Below are positions 1 to 13,062 of a stretch of 64,000 bases of DNA, piece by piece. Source of the stretch: Octopus sinensis. Its lineage: Eukaryota. The position numbers and the translations under genes are program-made. The notes beneath the pieces were generated by a model that was not told where the DNA came from, did no database searches, and saw only the letters and a list, made by a program, of their open reading frames with translations. Every line of letters starts with the position of its first letter. Within the stretch, counting starts at the first letter, position 1. The stretch covers positions 682,001 to 746,000 of the forward strand of contig NC_043017.1 in assembly GCF_006345805.1 (NCBI RefSeq). The letters are read 5' to 3'.

Positions 1-49
1 TAGGGTTTGCATATTAATGTACACACACAACACACAGACACACGCTTTT

Positions 50-98
<49 letters not shown>

Positions 99-181
99 AC
101 ATAATGGCTTCAAGCTAATCCAACATATAAATTTCGTCTACTTCCCGATGTATGAATATGCTTTTTCAACTTCTTTCCTAT

Positions 182-300
182 GGTCCATGGCGTAGTGGTC
201 AGCTGGTTCGCTTGTGCTCGTACACTCGTGGATTCGATTCCCGGCTGGGCTGCGCGTTGTTTCAGTTCACTCAGCCATGAATGAATTCCTACAATACATT
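182..300 (+). mobile_element. Old tRNA-derived SINE (diverged)
   Basis: A box TGGCGTAGTGG (188-198) and B box GGATTCGATTCCC (230-242), followed by gttcactcagc, a motif shared with the copies at ~13.8 kb and ~48.5 kb. Confidence 0.6.
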
Positions 301-617
301 GGAAGTCGACCTTGCATTCGACAGGCACCTCGTTCACGGATAGATGGGTGTGTGTGCTCCCAGTCTCTTCTGGGTCATGGACAGCAATTTAATCTTCAGC
401 GTTGTGCGTCCTAGGGACCTAGACACGTGGCAAATGTTGATGTCTTGGAAAGATCAGGGACCAGAATACATCACAATATTACTTGTAAAAACGATAGATT
501 TCGTTGCTGCTATTTACTACCACGTTCGTTTCATGGCCATCTCTTCGGTTTTATTTATTTATATATTTATTTATTTATTCGTTTGTTATGATTTATCTTT
601 TATTTGTTTCCGTCATT

Positions 618-786
618 AAACGGATTAAGTCGATTATATCGACCCCAGTGCGTAACTGGTACTTCATTTATCGACCCCCGAAAGGATGAAAGGCAAAGTC
701 GACCTCGGTGGAATTTAAACTCAGAACGTAGCGGCAGACGAAATGTCCCTAAGCATTTCGCCCGGCATGCTAACGATTCTGCCAAG
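618..786 (-). mobile_element. tRNA-SINE family A, partial copy
   Basis: Reverse complement matches the 2563-2794 copy (ttggcagaatcgttagcatgccgggcgaaatgc...gagtttaaattccaccgaggtcgactttgcctttcatcc). Confidence 0.9.
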
Positions 787-1078
787 TTGTTGACTTATCG
801 ATTGTCCGTTTATTATATTAAGGCAGGAAGATCGTCGGGGATAGCTAAAAGTATGCTTGAGGGTGGCATGCGGCCCTGGGAGCCGCGGGTGAGAAACCGC
901 TGGTATATAATGAAGAAGAGTTGGTGTTTCATAAGTCAAGGTGTAGGACGACTGCCTGTGAATAATGATTTAAATGTAGTGTTTAATCAATCAATATGTG
1001 TAACAATGCAGAGAAGGTATTTCATCTGTCAGTGTCAGTCAAAGCCTTAGAGGATGAATTAAGTATAATGAAGGAGAT

Positions 1079-1307
1079 CAGTGGTCGGCAACCGAGTTTT
1101 CAGATTTTACTGTAAAAATTTATGAGTTATAAAATGGTTATCTACAATGCACAGAATATTTCAACGATTTATTAAATATAATTCCTAATAATATTGAATT
1201 ACAAATATATAATAGGACTTTTTTTAAACAGCCAGTGTCCATGGGGATCGAGCAGAGTAAATCGGAATCAGAAACTTACATAGATAAAATACGGTCGAGA
1301 ACCACTG
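1079..1307. mobile_element. hAT-like MITE remnant
   Basis: Imperfect 15-bp TIRs CAGTGGTCGGCAACC and GGTCGAGAACCACTG with CAGTGG termini typical of hAT elements. No 8-bp TSD is recognisable. Confidence 0.5.
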
Positions 1308-2241
1308 CTATGGAGAATGTGTTTCTCCAAATAAGGAATTGGAGACGCATTCTACTCAATAAGATTACATTATTTTGTTGTGTCTAGAGAGAGTCATTAG
1401 GTCAATATTAATAACATAAAAGGTTGTGGATGGCAACTAATGAAATTTGACGAAAAAACAAAAAGAAATCATAACAATAAACGATCGACTGTTTAACCAA
1501 CAAGTTAAACAAACGATCGATTTGTTAGTTGGATATTTAAACGTTTGATTCATAACAAAGGAGTGGAATTGAACCAGTGTGTGTGTGATATTAACATTGG
1601 TGTAATGACTCTCCCTAGGCCCAACAAAATTTGTTTCAACGCACGAATTCACTTAAAATATCTTGCATACGAAATACAGAAACGAAGATTGCTTAACAAA
1701 AACACATACGACAAACCATTTTACATCCGTTAAAATACTTGACTATTCCAAGTTCAAAATACCAAGCAGAATAGCTGAAGAAAACAAAACAAAAGCAAAG
1801 AAAAAAATTAAAAAATTAAAAAAGAAAAGGACAAAATTTACCCCATGATCATGAAATGTAAACTTTGTTTTCTCCTACGATATCTCCAGATTTAATCGCC
1901 ATCGAATACACATAAGCACGTGCACACACGCTCACGCAGAGGCACGCACGCACATGCACACACTCACACACATATATGCATACACACGTATATAAAGACA
2001 CACATAAAAGATCATTGGTCGAATCAGTGAGGGATTCCAGGATTATTAAAAGCCAAACATTGATTTGACAGTAAGTCAGAAGAAATAGTTGTTGGAGAGG
2101 TTGCGTTGTGTTTGTTGAAACTCAGAGTGAAAAGATATTTGAAGAGATGGGGAGCGTAATCCGTGAGAAAAAGGCTTTCATTCGGGGTTCAATAAACATC
2201 GTTTCTGGTTAGATGATAATCAATATACATACATACATACA

Positions 2242-2290
<49 letters not shown>

Positions 2291-2372
2291 CTTTATCAAG
2301 GTAGAAACGATCTAAGAAGATTTACAAATATCAGCATATACACATACATTTATAGATACCTACCTCCCTACA

Positions 2373-2429
<57 letters not shown>

Positions 2430-2465
2430 GTCTCTATCTTTCTATCAGTCTATCTCTCTGCTGCC

Positions 2466-2504
<39 letters not shown>

Positions 2505-2562
2505 ATCTGTTTCTCCATCTCGGTCTCTCTCTCTCTCTCTCTCCCCATATATATAAACATAT

Positions 2563-2794
2563 AAGGCGGCGAGCTGGCAGAATCGTTAGCACGCCGGGCG
2601 AAATGCATAGCCGTATTTCGTCTGCCGTTACGTTCTGAGTTCAAATTCCGCCGAGGTCGACTTTGCCTTTCATCCTCTCGGGGTCGATAAATAAAGTACC
2701 AGTTTTGCACTGGGTCGATGTAATCGACTGAATCCCTTTGTCTGCCCTTGTTTGTCCCCTCTATGTTTAGCCCCTTGAGGGCAGTAAAGAAATA
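2563..2794 (+). mobile_element. tRNA-SINE family A, full-length
   Basis: Starts aaggcggcgagctggcagaatcgttagc, has B-box-like GAGTTCAAATTCC and ends gggcagtaaagaaata. At least six related copies occur in the window. Probably one of the described octopus tRNA-SINE families; not assigned. Confidence 0.9.
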
Positions 2795-3165
2795 TATATA
2801 TAAACATATAATATATGTATATATATATGTGTGTGTATATATATATATATATCTACATATATATGTATTTATATATATACGTACATATGTACGTAAATAT
2901 CTACCTAAGTATATACATTTATCTATCCGTTTGTTTATTTGTCTGTTTGTCTGGTTCTCTCTCCCCATTTCTCTCTCTCTCTTCTCTCTCTATGTCTCTC
3001 TCTCTCTAGTTTGTTATATCTGTATCTATCAACATATCTTTTCTCTATTTGCTTCTGTCGTTATCCATCAACCAATGTGTTTGTCTATTTGTTTCTCTTT
3101 ATCTATTTATTTATGTCTTACTCCTTTTCTCTCACTCACAAATATATGTATTTGAGGAAATGCGC

Positions 3166-3215
<50 letters not shown>

Positions 3216-3422
3216 GTGTGTGTGTGTGTGTGTGTGTACTTACATGTCAGTTATAATGATTGAATCTCTGTGCTTCATGTATGATTGCTCTTATTTCCTA
3301 TGCGTCTTTGCGCGTGCGTATGAGTGTTCGCGTATATTTGGATAAACAAACTAGGGGAAGGGAAATCAATACGAATAATAAGGTTTATTCATTGAAACAA
3401 AATGGTCGAATAATCACGCCAG

Positions 3423-3588
3423 TCACTGAAAGAGAACATAATTTTTTAAGTTGACAAAAATAGTGGCCGTTTTGTAAGTTTCTATAACCTTCGAAGGGCC
3501 TTGATGGACGGTGAGGAGGTTAGTCACGTAGTCAGGAAGGAGGTGGAGAGGGCGCTGTTGTATGTTTCCTTTTATAGATTGAAGTTGA

Positions 3589-3631
<43 letters not shown>

Positions 3632-3856
3632 GTGTGTGTGTGGTGTGTATATATATATATAAATATATGTTATGTATATACATATATATATATATGTATT
3701 ATATATATATGTTTATATACATATATATATGTGTATATATATTTATATATATATATGTGGGTGTATACATACACACATATATATGTATGTGTGTATATAT
3801 ATACACACATATATATATGTATTGTGTATATATATACACACATATATATATATATC

Positions 3857-3896
<40 letters not shown>

Positions 3897-4090
3897 TTTT
3901 AATATATATATATATATATATATGTGGGTGTATGTATGCATATACCAGATGTTTACTGGAATCGGATCGAACTGTGATGGGATTAGAATGTGCATTGAAC
4001 AAGAACGTTGCACTTATAAGTTTGACGTGGTAGGTAATGTTGAATCACATGACAAATTGCGTGTATTTGTCGAAAGTCACGTGGAATTAA
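3423..4090 (-). pseudogene. Possible fossil LINE endonuclease fragment split by a microsatellite block
   Basis: Removing the 349-bp block between two GCATATA copies (3589 and 3938) gives [58 protein letters not shown]..., loosely like the APE C-terminal pattern GDFN...PT...LDLV...SDH. Weak similarity judged by eye. Confidence 0.3.
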
Positions 4091-4388
4091 GAGAGATGTT
4101 TAAGTGATTTGTTGTTTTGCCTGTGTGCTCTGCGTCAATATCTCTGAATGTGTTTGTGTGTTTGTGTTTGTGTTTGTATCAATTTAAACAGTATTCGATA
4201 GCATACTTTCACACTATTTTCACAAAGAGTGTTTCAAAAACAATCACCACGGGTCCTATAAGCACATTTGTAATATTGGTTCAAATATTACTTACTTAAA
4301 CGACTAAAAATATCTCACGAATATGTGTTCCCTTTTATATCATAAAATGTGGTAATCAACAAAACAATACTTTAAAAATTTTTTTGTC

Positions 4389-4692
4389 TTGTTTCAGCCA
4401 TTTGACTGCAGTCATGCTGGAGCACCATCTTTAGTCGATCAAATCGACCTCCTATTTTTAAGTCTAGTACTTATTCCATAGGTCTCTTTTGACCAACCGC
4501 TAAATTTTGGGGACGTAAATACACTAACATCGATTGTCAGGCAATGGTGGGAGGACAAACACAGACACGTATACGACGTGCTTCTTTCAGTTTCTGTCTA
4601 CCAAATCCACCCGGGGTTATAGTAGAAGACACTTGCCCAAGGTGCCACGCATCGTGACTGAAACCAGAAGCATGCTTCTTACCACACAACTA
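4389..4692 (-). mobile_element. tRNA-SINE family B, diverged copy
   Basis: Reverse complement matches 8761-9170 (gtagaagacacttgcccaaggtgccacgc; cttgtttcagccatttgactgcagtcatgctggagcacc). Confidence 0.85.
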
Positions 4693-4696
4693 CTCT

Positions 4697-4733
<37 letters not shown>

Positions 4734-4755
4734 TTATCCTCCCGCTATATATATA

Positions 4756-4801
<46 letters not shown>

Positions 4802-5003
4802 TATATATATATATAATATACATATATATTTATATATATATATTTATATTTATATACATACATGTATATATATATACATACATACATTTATACATACATA
4901 CATACACATACATATATAGATATATATTTTATATTTATATATATACATAATATATATACATACATACATACATACATATACATACATATATATATTTACA
5001 TAA

Positions 5004-5074
<71 letters not shown>

Positions 5075-5185
5075 TATATACTATAATATATATTATATAT
5101 ATATTATGTATGTATTATGTATGTATGTATGTATGTATATGTATATGCAACAGATTTCTTTCAGTTTCCGTCGTCCACCAAATCC

Positions 5186-5400
5186 GAGTTTCGATGTCGG
5201 GGCGGAAATCTGCTCCGGCATCTCGTCAGTTACAAAGACAATAAAAAAATTCGGAGTTTTGTTATGGCAACCGAATAATTGCCACATATTATATTACAAA
5301 TAAATTCCTCTATTTACATAATATCGAGGTCTCATTCATTCCTTTGTTGTTATACCATTACAATTAATACACACACACACACAAACTCATATATATTTAT
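5186..5400 (-). mobile_element. Penelope-like terminal remnant with partial hammerhead core
   Basis: Minus strand reads CTGACGA-GATGCCGG...CCGACATC-GAAAC-TCG, then joins a SINE-B fragment. Confidence 0.45.
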
Positions 5401-5623
5401 TAATACGTGCACCATCCTGTACATTTTGTCGATGAATATTTAGGTAGAGTCGTGACATGAAAGATGTGTGCTGATGAGCAAACTTATGTCGAACCTTCCA
5501 GTATTCTCTTACTATTTAACTATTAAATTATCTACACACTATTAGCCAGATTGAACAATAATTTTTCTCTCAATAACTAACACTACTGTACACACGCTTG
5601 CGCGAACAGACACTTATAAGCTT

Positions 5624-5722
<99 letters not shown>

Positions 5723-6144
5723 TGTGTGTCAATGTGAGTGTGGATGTGTGCCTGTGTTCTTATTTGAAAAGTAAGAATTGGCGGTGCGAAACATTTCCTT
5801 GAGGCATGTGGTTTGTAAAAAAAAGTCTTCACGTCTATAATGAAATTCCAGTAGATTTCATCCCGTTTCTGCAACTTGCAAATTTTAGTTTTATTGTATC
5901 ATTATAAAGCTTATACATACATATGCACATACATACATACATACCTAATTACATACACGCATCCATATATAAATAGATACATATATATTTACATAAGGAT
6001 ATATATATAAATCAATATATATGTATATATATATATACGTATATGTATTTATATAAACCATGTGTATGCATATATATATTCATGTATATAGGTATACATA
6101 TATATCTAACTATACATATATCTGAATATAATTCTCTCTCCCTC

Positions 6145-6180
<36 letters not shown>

Positions 6181-6215
6181 CGTGTGTGTATGTGTATACA
6201 CACACACAGACACAG

Positions 6216-6261
<46 letters not shown>

Positions 6262-6705
6262 GCATATATATATATCTACATGTATTTGTGTATATTTACA
6301 TAGATTGATGTATTTGGAAAAATAAAAAAATTAATGTATATATATGCGTATATATGTACACGCACATACGCAGGCATGTATGTACACATATATATTCACA
6401 CACGCAGAACATGTCTACAAAATCATTTATCTAAAAAGACGTCTATTCAATTACCTCATACACAGATAGACGTTGCGCAGTACGTTTAAGATATTTCAAA
6501 GGCTACTATAAAAACTACGACATAAAAATATATTGATGTTGTAAAAAATATATACAATTGATCTCTGACACACATGCTCACACCTATAAACACACAAACG
6601 CACATAGTAAGACATACACTCTCACGTACCAAGGTCTCTTGCGGGCACAAGCATACGCGCAATTATATGCAAATTAGTTCATACCCGTTATCATGTTTTA
6701 CATAA

Positions 6706-7010
6706 TTACAATCTCTTCATAAACTGTCGAATTAGCAATACATGTAGAGATTCATTCAGGAGTATTGTTTTTTTTAAATAAATGCAATTTATTTGAAGGA
6801 GAACGCGCACTTGTTTATGATAGTCATCAATCTGCAGCTGAGAAGAGCTTGTCTCATTGAAATTGCGATTCTTCTTCACTCGACGCAACTGTACCTTGTT
6901 TCTGTGCAGGATTCTGTGCAGGATTCGTAACGTCGCCCCACCGATCTGGCGTCACTGACATTCAGTCCAAGCATGTTGTCTAAGGAATTCAGTTTCAAAT
7001 CGTAGTTGCT
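6706..7010 (-). mobile_element. Possible degenerate Tc1/IS630-like transposase fragment
   Basis: Minus frame TLRILHRILHRNKVQLRRVKKNRN...IYLKKTILLNES resembles the HTH/linker through first-catalytic-Asp region. Contains a 12-bp tandem duplication ttctgtgcagga. Confidence 0.3.
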
Positions 7011-7160
7011 TCTATATTAATAACACCACGTGACCAATAACTTCCCAATATCCAGAGACCATATTGCAACCTGTTCATTTGTTTCGAGAAAGGTTCTATA
7101 GACAAGACTAGGAAACTTCAGTTTGCAAGAAGCCGAATCAAACTTTCATGAATCATCTAA

Positions 7161-7257
<97 letters not shown>

Positions 7258-7570
7258 GTCTATCTATCTATTTGTCTGTCTGTCTGTCTCTCTATGTATA
7301 TATACACAACTGTTCGTATACTTCAAGCTTTGATTACTAGCTCAAACAAATTGCATACAAAAGGTGCTAATTCATCAAAATATGTTCCATCAAATCCAAC
7401 TGTCTGTACCCAACGTCATCTCAGAACCTCAAGTCCATGTGTATAGCATTCTGTTGCTTTAGAAGCAGAAAGAATCCCTGTGCTAGTTTCCAACGTCACC
7501 CACATTATACAGTCTCCTTCTGCGCAAGAAACACACACACACACATATATTTATATGTATATGTCTGCCA

Positions 7571-7659
<89 letters not shown>

Positions 7660-7731
7660 CTATGTATCTATCTATCTATCTATCTATCACCTTGTCTCTC
7701 TCACTTTATATATATATTATATATAATATAT

Positions 7732-7765
<34 letters not shown>

Positions 7766-7821
7766 ATATAATTAGGGCTTAGTAAATAAGATATATATAT
7801 ATATATATATATACATACATA

Positions 7822-7980
7822 TACGACGGGCTTTCTTCCGTTTCCGCCTACCAAATCCACTCACAAGGCTTTGGTCGGCCCGATGCTACAGTAGAAGACA
7901 CTTGTCTAAGGTGCCACGCAGTGGGACTGAACCCGGGTTCATTTGGTCGGGAAACAAGCTTCTTACTATACAGCCACTCA
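7822..7980 (-). mobile_element. tRNA-SINE family B, 5' part
   Basis: acgacgggctttc...ccaaatccactcacaaggctttggtcggccc...gtgggactgaacccggg is the reverse complement of the family B head. Confidence 0.9.
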
Positions 7981-7990
7981 TGCACACACA

Positions 7991-8021
<31 letters not shown>

Positions 8022-8760
8022 CACCACACACACACACACAAACACACATATATATGTATCTATGTATATTTAATCAGTATATGATTTAAATTATTAAGCA
8101 GTTCAACAAATTCATTCATCCTTCTGTAATGGAGGAGATTGGATGTTAAAATGGATTCTAGTTTTTATTTTTCGTGTTGCTATACAATTGTTTCATACAA
8201 AACGACTCAGATATTCATAAAAGAAAATCGGAACAGTGAAATTTGTACTCGTCCGTAGCTGGTATAAAAACTAAAAAGAGACGTTAGAAGTACATAGATT
8301 GTCTCTTAGTAATCATATTGTATTAATGTGTTCGTTCTTGCAGTCATGCCTATTTTTAAAGGGACTAAAAACTATATAATTGGGTGCTAATGTATATAAT
8401 ATTAAAAAACATACATCCTCTCTATGAATTTGTACATGTGTGTCTATTTAAAACGCCGTAAATGAATTTTTTTTTCTGGTCCGGCTGTATTTGTATTTAC
8501 AATGAGGAATCCAAAGAATGATGTGAAAGAATTTTCAAACAATTTAGTTTTTATTTAACTGTGATATTCCTTTCGACTTAAGAAATGATTAGAAAAAAAT
8601 GTTTGATAGTATTCAATAATAATTTCAGATTTATAAATGTCATAATTTTAGTTTTTATTGTAAATAATAGATCTAATATTCATAGACAAAAATAAGTCTT
8701 TTATATCGTAAGTAATTATCTAGTCACATTATTGGTATGGTTTTCAGAAAATTTAAAAAT

Positions 8761-9170
8761 AGGCGCAGGCGTGGCTGTGTGGTAAGTAGCTTGCTTACCA
8801 ACCACATGGTTACGGGTTCAGTCCCACTGCATGGCACCTTGGGCAAGTATCTTCTTTTATAGCTTCGGGCCGACCAAAGCCTTGTGAGTGGATTTGGTAG
8901 ACAGAAACTGAAAGAAGCCCGTTGTATATACATATATATATGTGTGTGTGTGTGTGTTTATGTATTTGTATTTGCCCCCCCCCCCCCAACATCGCTTGAC
9001 AACCGATGCTGGTGTGTTTACGTCCCCGTAACTTAGCGGTTCGGCAAAAGAGACCGATAGAATAAGTACTAGGCTTACAAAGAATAAGTCCTGGGGGGCG
9101 CGATTTGCTCGACCTAAAGGCGATGCTCCAGCATGGCCGCAGTCAAATGACTGAAACAAGTAATAGAGTG
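8761..9170 (+). mobile_element. tRNA-SINE family B, full-length
   Basis: Head aggcgcaggcgtggctgtgtggtaag with B box GGTTCAGTCCC, an internal (AT)/(GT) microsatellite, and 3' tail gtcaaatgactgaaacaagtaa. Confidence 0.92.
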
Positions 9171-9251
9171 AATAGAAACTATAAGAGTAATAAAATCGAA
9201 ATAAAAGAGATTTATTTATGTTATCAACTGATAAACTCAAATAATCGTCTT

Positions 9252-9367
9252 TAGATCGATAGAAATAAGAAAGGTTGTTTTTGATACTTAATATCGGAAA
9301 TACTGTTTATACTATTACTTTTTTTCGATATTAACTATAAAAAACCTTTCTTATTTCTATCGCTCTA
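9252..9367. repeat. Short palindromic element (~45-bp imperfect arms)
   Basis: cgatagaaataagaaaggtt (9257-9276) is the exact reverse complement of aacctttcttatttctatcg (9343-9362). The stem extends imperfectly inward through taatatcg/cgatatta. Confidence 0.8.
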
Positions 9368-9982
9368 TAGGCAATTATATAATTTTACTAGTTGACAACG
9401 TAATTAAATCTTTATTTCAACTTTATTTATTCCCTATTACTCGTACAGTATCTATTCCTAAATTCTCTTAAAAACCATACCAATACTGTGACTAGATAAT
9501 TAATTACCACATTTAACACTTATTTTGTCTATGAATATTAGACCTATTATTTACAATAAATACTAAAATTATAAATTTTATAAACCTGAAATTATTATTG
9601 AATACTATTAAACGTTTTTTTCTAATAATTTCTTATTCGAAATGATAATTGACGGTTATGTAAAAACTAAATTTGTATATAAGTCTTCATGCCTATACAA
9701 ATTTACATATTAAATTCCAAAGTAAGGTATGAAGAAACAAAGTTAGAGATCTTTAGAAATTACTCAAATTAAAGGACGAATTCACATTCCTCCATTAAAA
9801 ATATATATATGTTGAAGAGCGTAGGTTCGAAACATAAAAGAATGTCTCACTTTACCGAGCGTCATACATGCATACATATATACGTACGTACTTACATGCA
9901 TACATACATTCATACATAGATTCATTCATACATCTATAAATACATGCAAATATATATATGTGTGTGTGTGGTGTGTTTGTGT

Positions 9983-10020
<38 letters not shown>

Positions 10021-10319
10021 TGTGTGTGTGTGTGTCCTTGCGTCTGTATTTGTCGCTTCACCACTGCTTGGCAAGCATCATTGCTCTGTTTCAGTCCGTT
10101 CGACAATAAGGCCGATAAGATAAGTACCAAACTTTACAAAAGAATAAGAACTGGCGTCGATAAATTCGGCTAAAATTCTCCTCGGGATTGCCACTGCATG
10201 GTCACAGACTAATGACTAAAACAAGTAAGAGAGTAAAAGATATATATGCTTAGAATACGGGGAATGCGCGGGACCATCGTGCCTGAGTATAGGCATCTAT
10301 GCATGTGTGTGTGAATGTG

Positions 10320-10357
<38 letters not shown>

Positions 10358-10362
<5 letters not shown>

Positions 10363-10804
10363 GTTATATTTCGGAATGGTCATTTTGCCAGTTTAGCCAA
10401 TAAAAACACACGCACTATATATTTGGTGTTATTTTTACGGTGTTATTTTTTACATTAATCTTAATCTTATTTCGGCCAGAGTTCTTTCGTCACACTCCTG
10501 TGACCGCATCAGTGGTCCTTTGTTTTCTTCTTTCTTATTTGTGTCCTTACTAACCGTCAGCCATTTTCTATTTCTATTGTATGTCTTCATTTTCGCATGC
10601 TTATATCTCTATGTGCGTCTAAGTTTATTTAGTGTGTGTGTCGGGGGATGCCTGTAATATTTGTATCTTCTGTTTATATACGTTCATGTAATTAGTTTTT
10701 TTTTGTTGTTTTTGTTTATTCTTATTTTGTAACACCAAATATATACTGCCTGTGTTTTTTATTGGCTAAACTGGCAAAATGACCATTCCGAAATATAACA
10801 ATAT
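10358..10804. mobile_element. Inverted-repeat element (~74-bp arms), Penelope-like or MITE
   Basis: Arms 10358-10431 and 10730-10804 (atattgttatatttcggaatggtcattttgccagtttagccaataaaaacaca). It starts at a (TA)n tract and has an HHR-like core inside on the minus strand. Confidence 0.75.
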
Positions 10805-10869
10805 CTGTTTCAACACACGACTTCACATAACAAATCTTGCACAACAAATATTTTTTATTTTTTTATTTT

Positions 10870-11985
10870 AGAAATAAAACCACTATTAGGCAAATCAAAC
10901 AGTGAAAACCATAAACCAATACATAGAAATAAAATTAATTAATAAAATATATAAAAAATATAAAATATAAAATTCCAAATTAAAATATTTAAATTAAAGT
11001 TAAAATTTAAAAAATTATTTAAATTAATAATTTAAACTTATAAATTTTAAATATATATATATATTATTATTATTTTATTTATTTATTTATTTTTATTATA
11101 TAGCTATCAAAAAGTATTAAAAGTTTGATATAAGATAAAGAGTAAAACCACTACGATCGTTTCATGCCCGTAACCAATTCGAATAACAATAATTTAAATT
11201 CAATTAATAATTCATCACAAAACCTCGCTAAGCTAAGTATGTATTTATATTTAAGATTTTTAAAACTTTTAATTTTAATATTTTATAAGTCTTATGGTAT
11301 AATATTATTGTTGTTTTAGGTAAATATCGTTGTTTATGTAATCATCTAATTATCGTAATTTTCTATATAATTATTAGATATTAACTTTAAGTTTATTCGT
11401 AAGAATTTACTTAGCGATAGATATATTGTTTGATAGCAAGTATACGAGTTGTTTAAAGTTAGGTTTCATGTATATACATTTATTAATAGCATTAATTGTA
11501 GTTTTAAGTTTTTTATAATTATTATAACTTATATATTTATAGTATTTAATTGATACTATATAACTACGAATTGATTATTTCTTTAAGTATTTTAAATATA
11601 AGATTTTTGTAAGTTATTATTTAGCCAACGAGATATAAAGATAGTTAATTTGCTATAGCGTTCGTTTAAGATTGTTTGTATTTTTGGAATTAGCTATTTC
11701 ATCTTTAATATTTTAATATTTTTTTAGTAATATGAATAATTAATTTATTAGGTCTTTATTATATGTGATTATATATTTATTGATAGAGATAATTTTAGAT
11801 CTTAATTCTAATATTTATATACGTTTATATATTTTCATTGATAATTTATATATTATTTAAATATTATATTTTTAATATTATGAATAGTCATTTAAAAAAA
11901 AAATATTTATGTAATTAGATATTGACTATAACTGATATTAGATTATATGTGGGTTTCTTACATTAAAAATTAATACTTAAAAATT
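10870..11985 (-). mobile_element. Highly degenerate Penelope-like remnant next to the gap
   Basis: 10870-10960 resembles the left arm of 41710-41845 (aaaaccactatt..gcaaatcaaaca..ccaatacata). 11148-11169 on minus reads gcatGAAACgatcGTAgtgg. The remainder is ~17% GC. Confidence 0.4.
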
Positions 11986-12085
11986 NNNNNNNNNNNNNNN
12001 NNNNNNNNNNNNNNNNNNNNNNNNNNNNNNNNNNNNNNNNNNNNNNNNNNNNNNNNNNNNNNNNNNNNNNNNNNNNNNNNNNNNN
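11986..12085. other. Assembly gap (100 N)
   Basis: Run of 100 n characters. Confidence 1.
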
Positions 12086-12421
12086 TATATATAACATGTA
12101 TATAATGTATGTATTTATTAACATATCTTCGAAGACCTATAGAAAGGTGTGGTTTTGTTAAAATGGCATCCTTTACTCTATTATATTGTATCCGGTAGTT
12201 TTATACATTATTCTAAACAATGTGACAAAGTGAATATTGTTTCTAATGAAATATGAACAAAAAATAAATACTAAATTATAAACAAAAATAGAATGTAAGA
12301 CAAAATGGTGTATTTCCCCGATACATGATAAAGAAAAAAACCCACAACAATACGACATTTTGAAATTACAAGAAAACGATAACAGAGATATACATTTTGA
12401 AAGCTATAAATAGAAATTAAC

Positions 12422-12499
<78 letters not shown>

Positions 12500-12649
12500 T
12501 ATCCATATATATATACATATATATACATCATATACATATAATATACATATATACATATATATATACATACCTATACATATATATTTACATACATATACTA
12601 TATATATACATACATATACATATTATATACATACATATACCTATATATA

Positions 12650-12682
<33 letters not shown>

Positions 12683-13062
12683 ATTTCAAACATTCTTTCA
12701 CCCAGTCAATAAATGTTATTCAAAATATGGCATACAGAATGCAGTACATTAAGATAACAATAAATAGGGAAAAAGAACTGAAACCTAATAAAATACACGA
12801 AACAAGAATAAAGATGACGTACAACACTGTAAAGACAACTCTGACAATAAGACATATGAAAACAAACTGTATAAAATTCCTTCCTACCGAGCGTTTTTGC
12901 AAAGAAATACCTCAATGTATACACATGCTACATACTTAATACATACGTGCACACGTAGATATATATATGTATATATATAACTACATGAAAAACAAACATT
13001 TAACAGAGAAGATCGCAAACAAGATTGTGGCAACAGCATGTTTTTTTTCATTCAGTTTTCAG

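Noticed and set aside
182-245. tRNA genes at SINE heads (also 54985-55054)
   Set aside because: A and B boxes are present, but there is no complete cloverleaf and they continue into SINE bodies.
10810-11985. Possible mitochondrial insertion (NUMT) or control region
   Set aside because: No recognisable mitochondrial tRNA, rRNA or ORF. Part of it matches the nuclear palindrome family at 41710.
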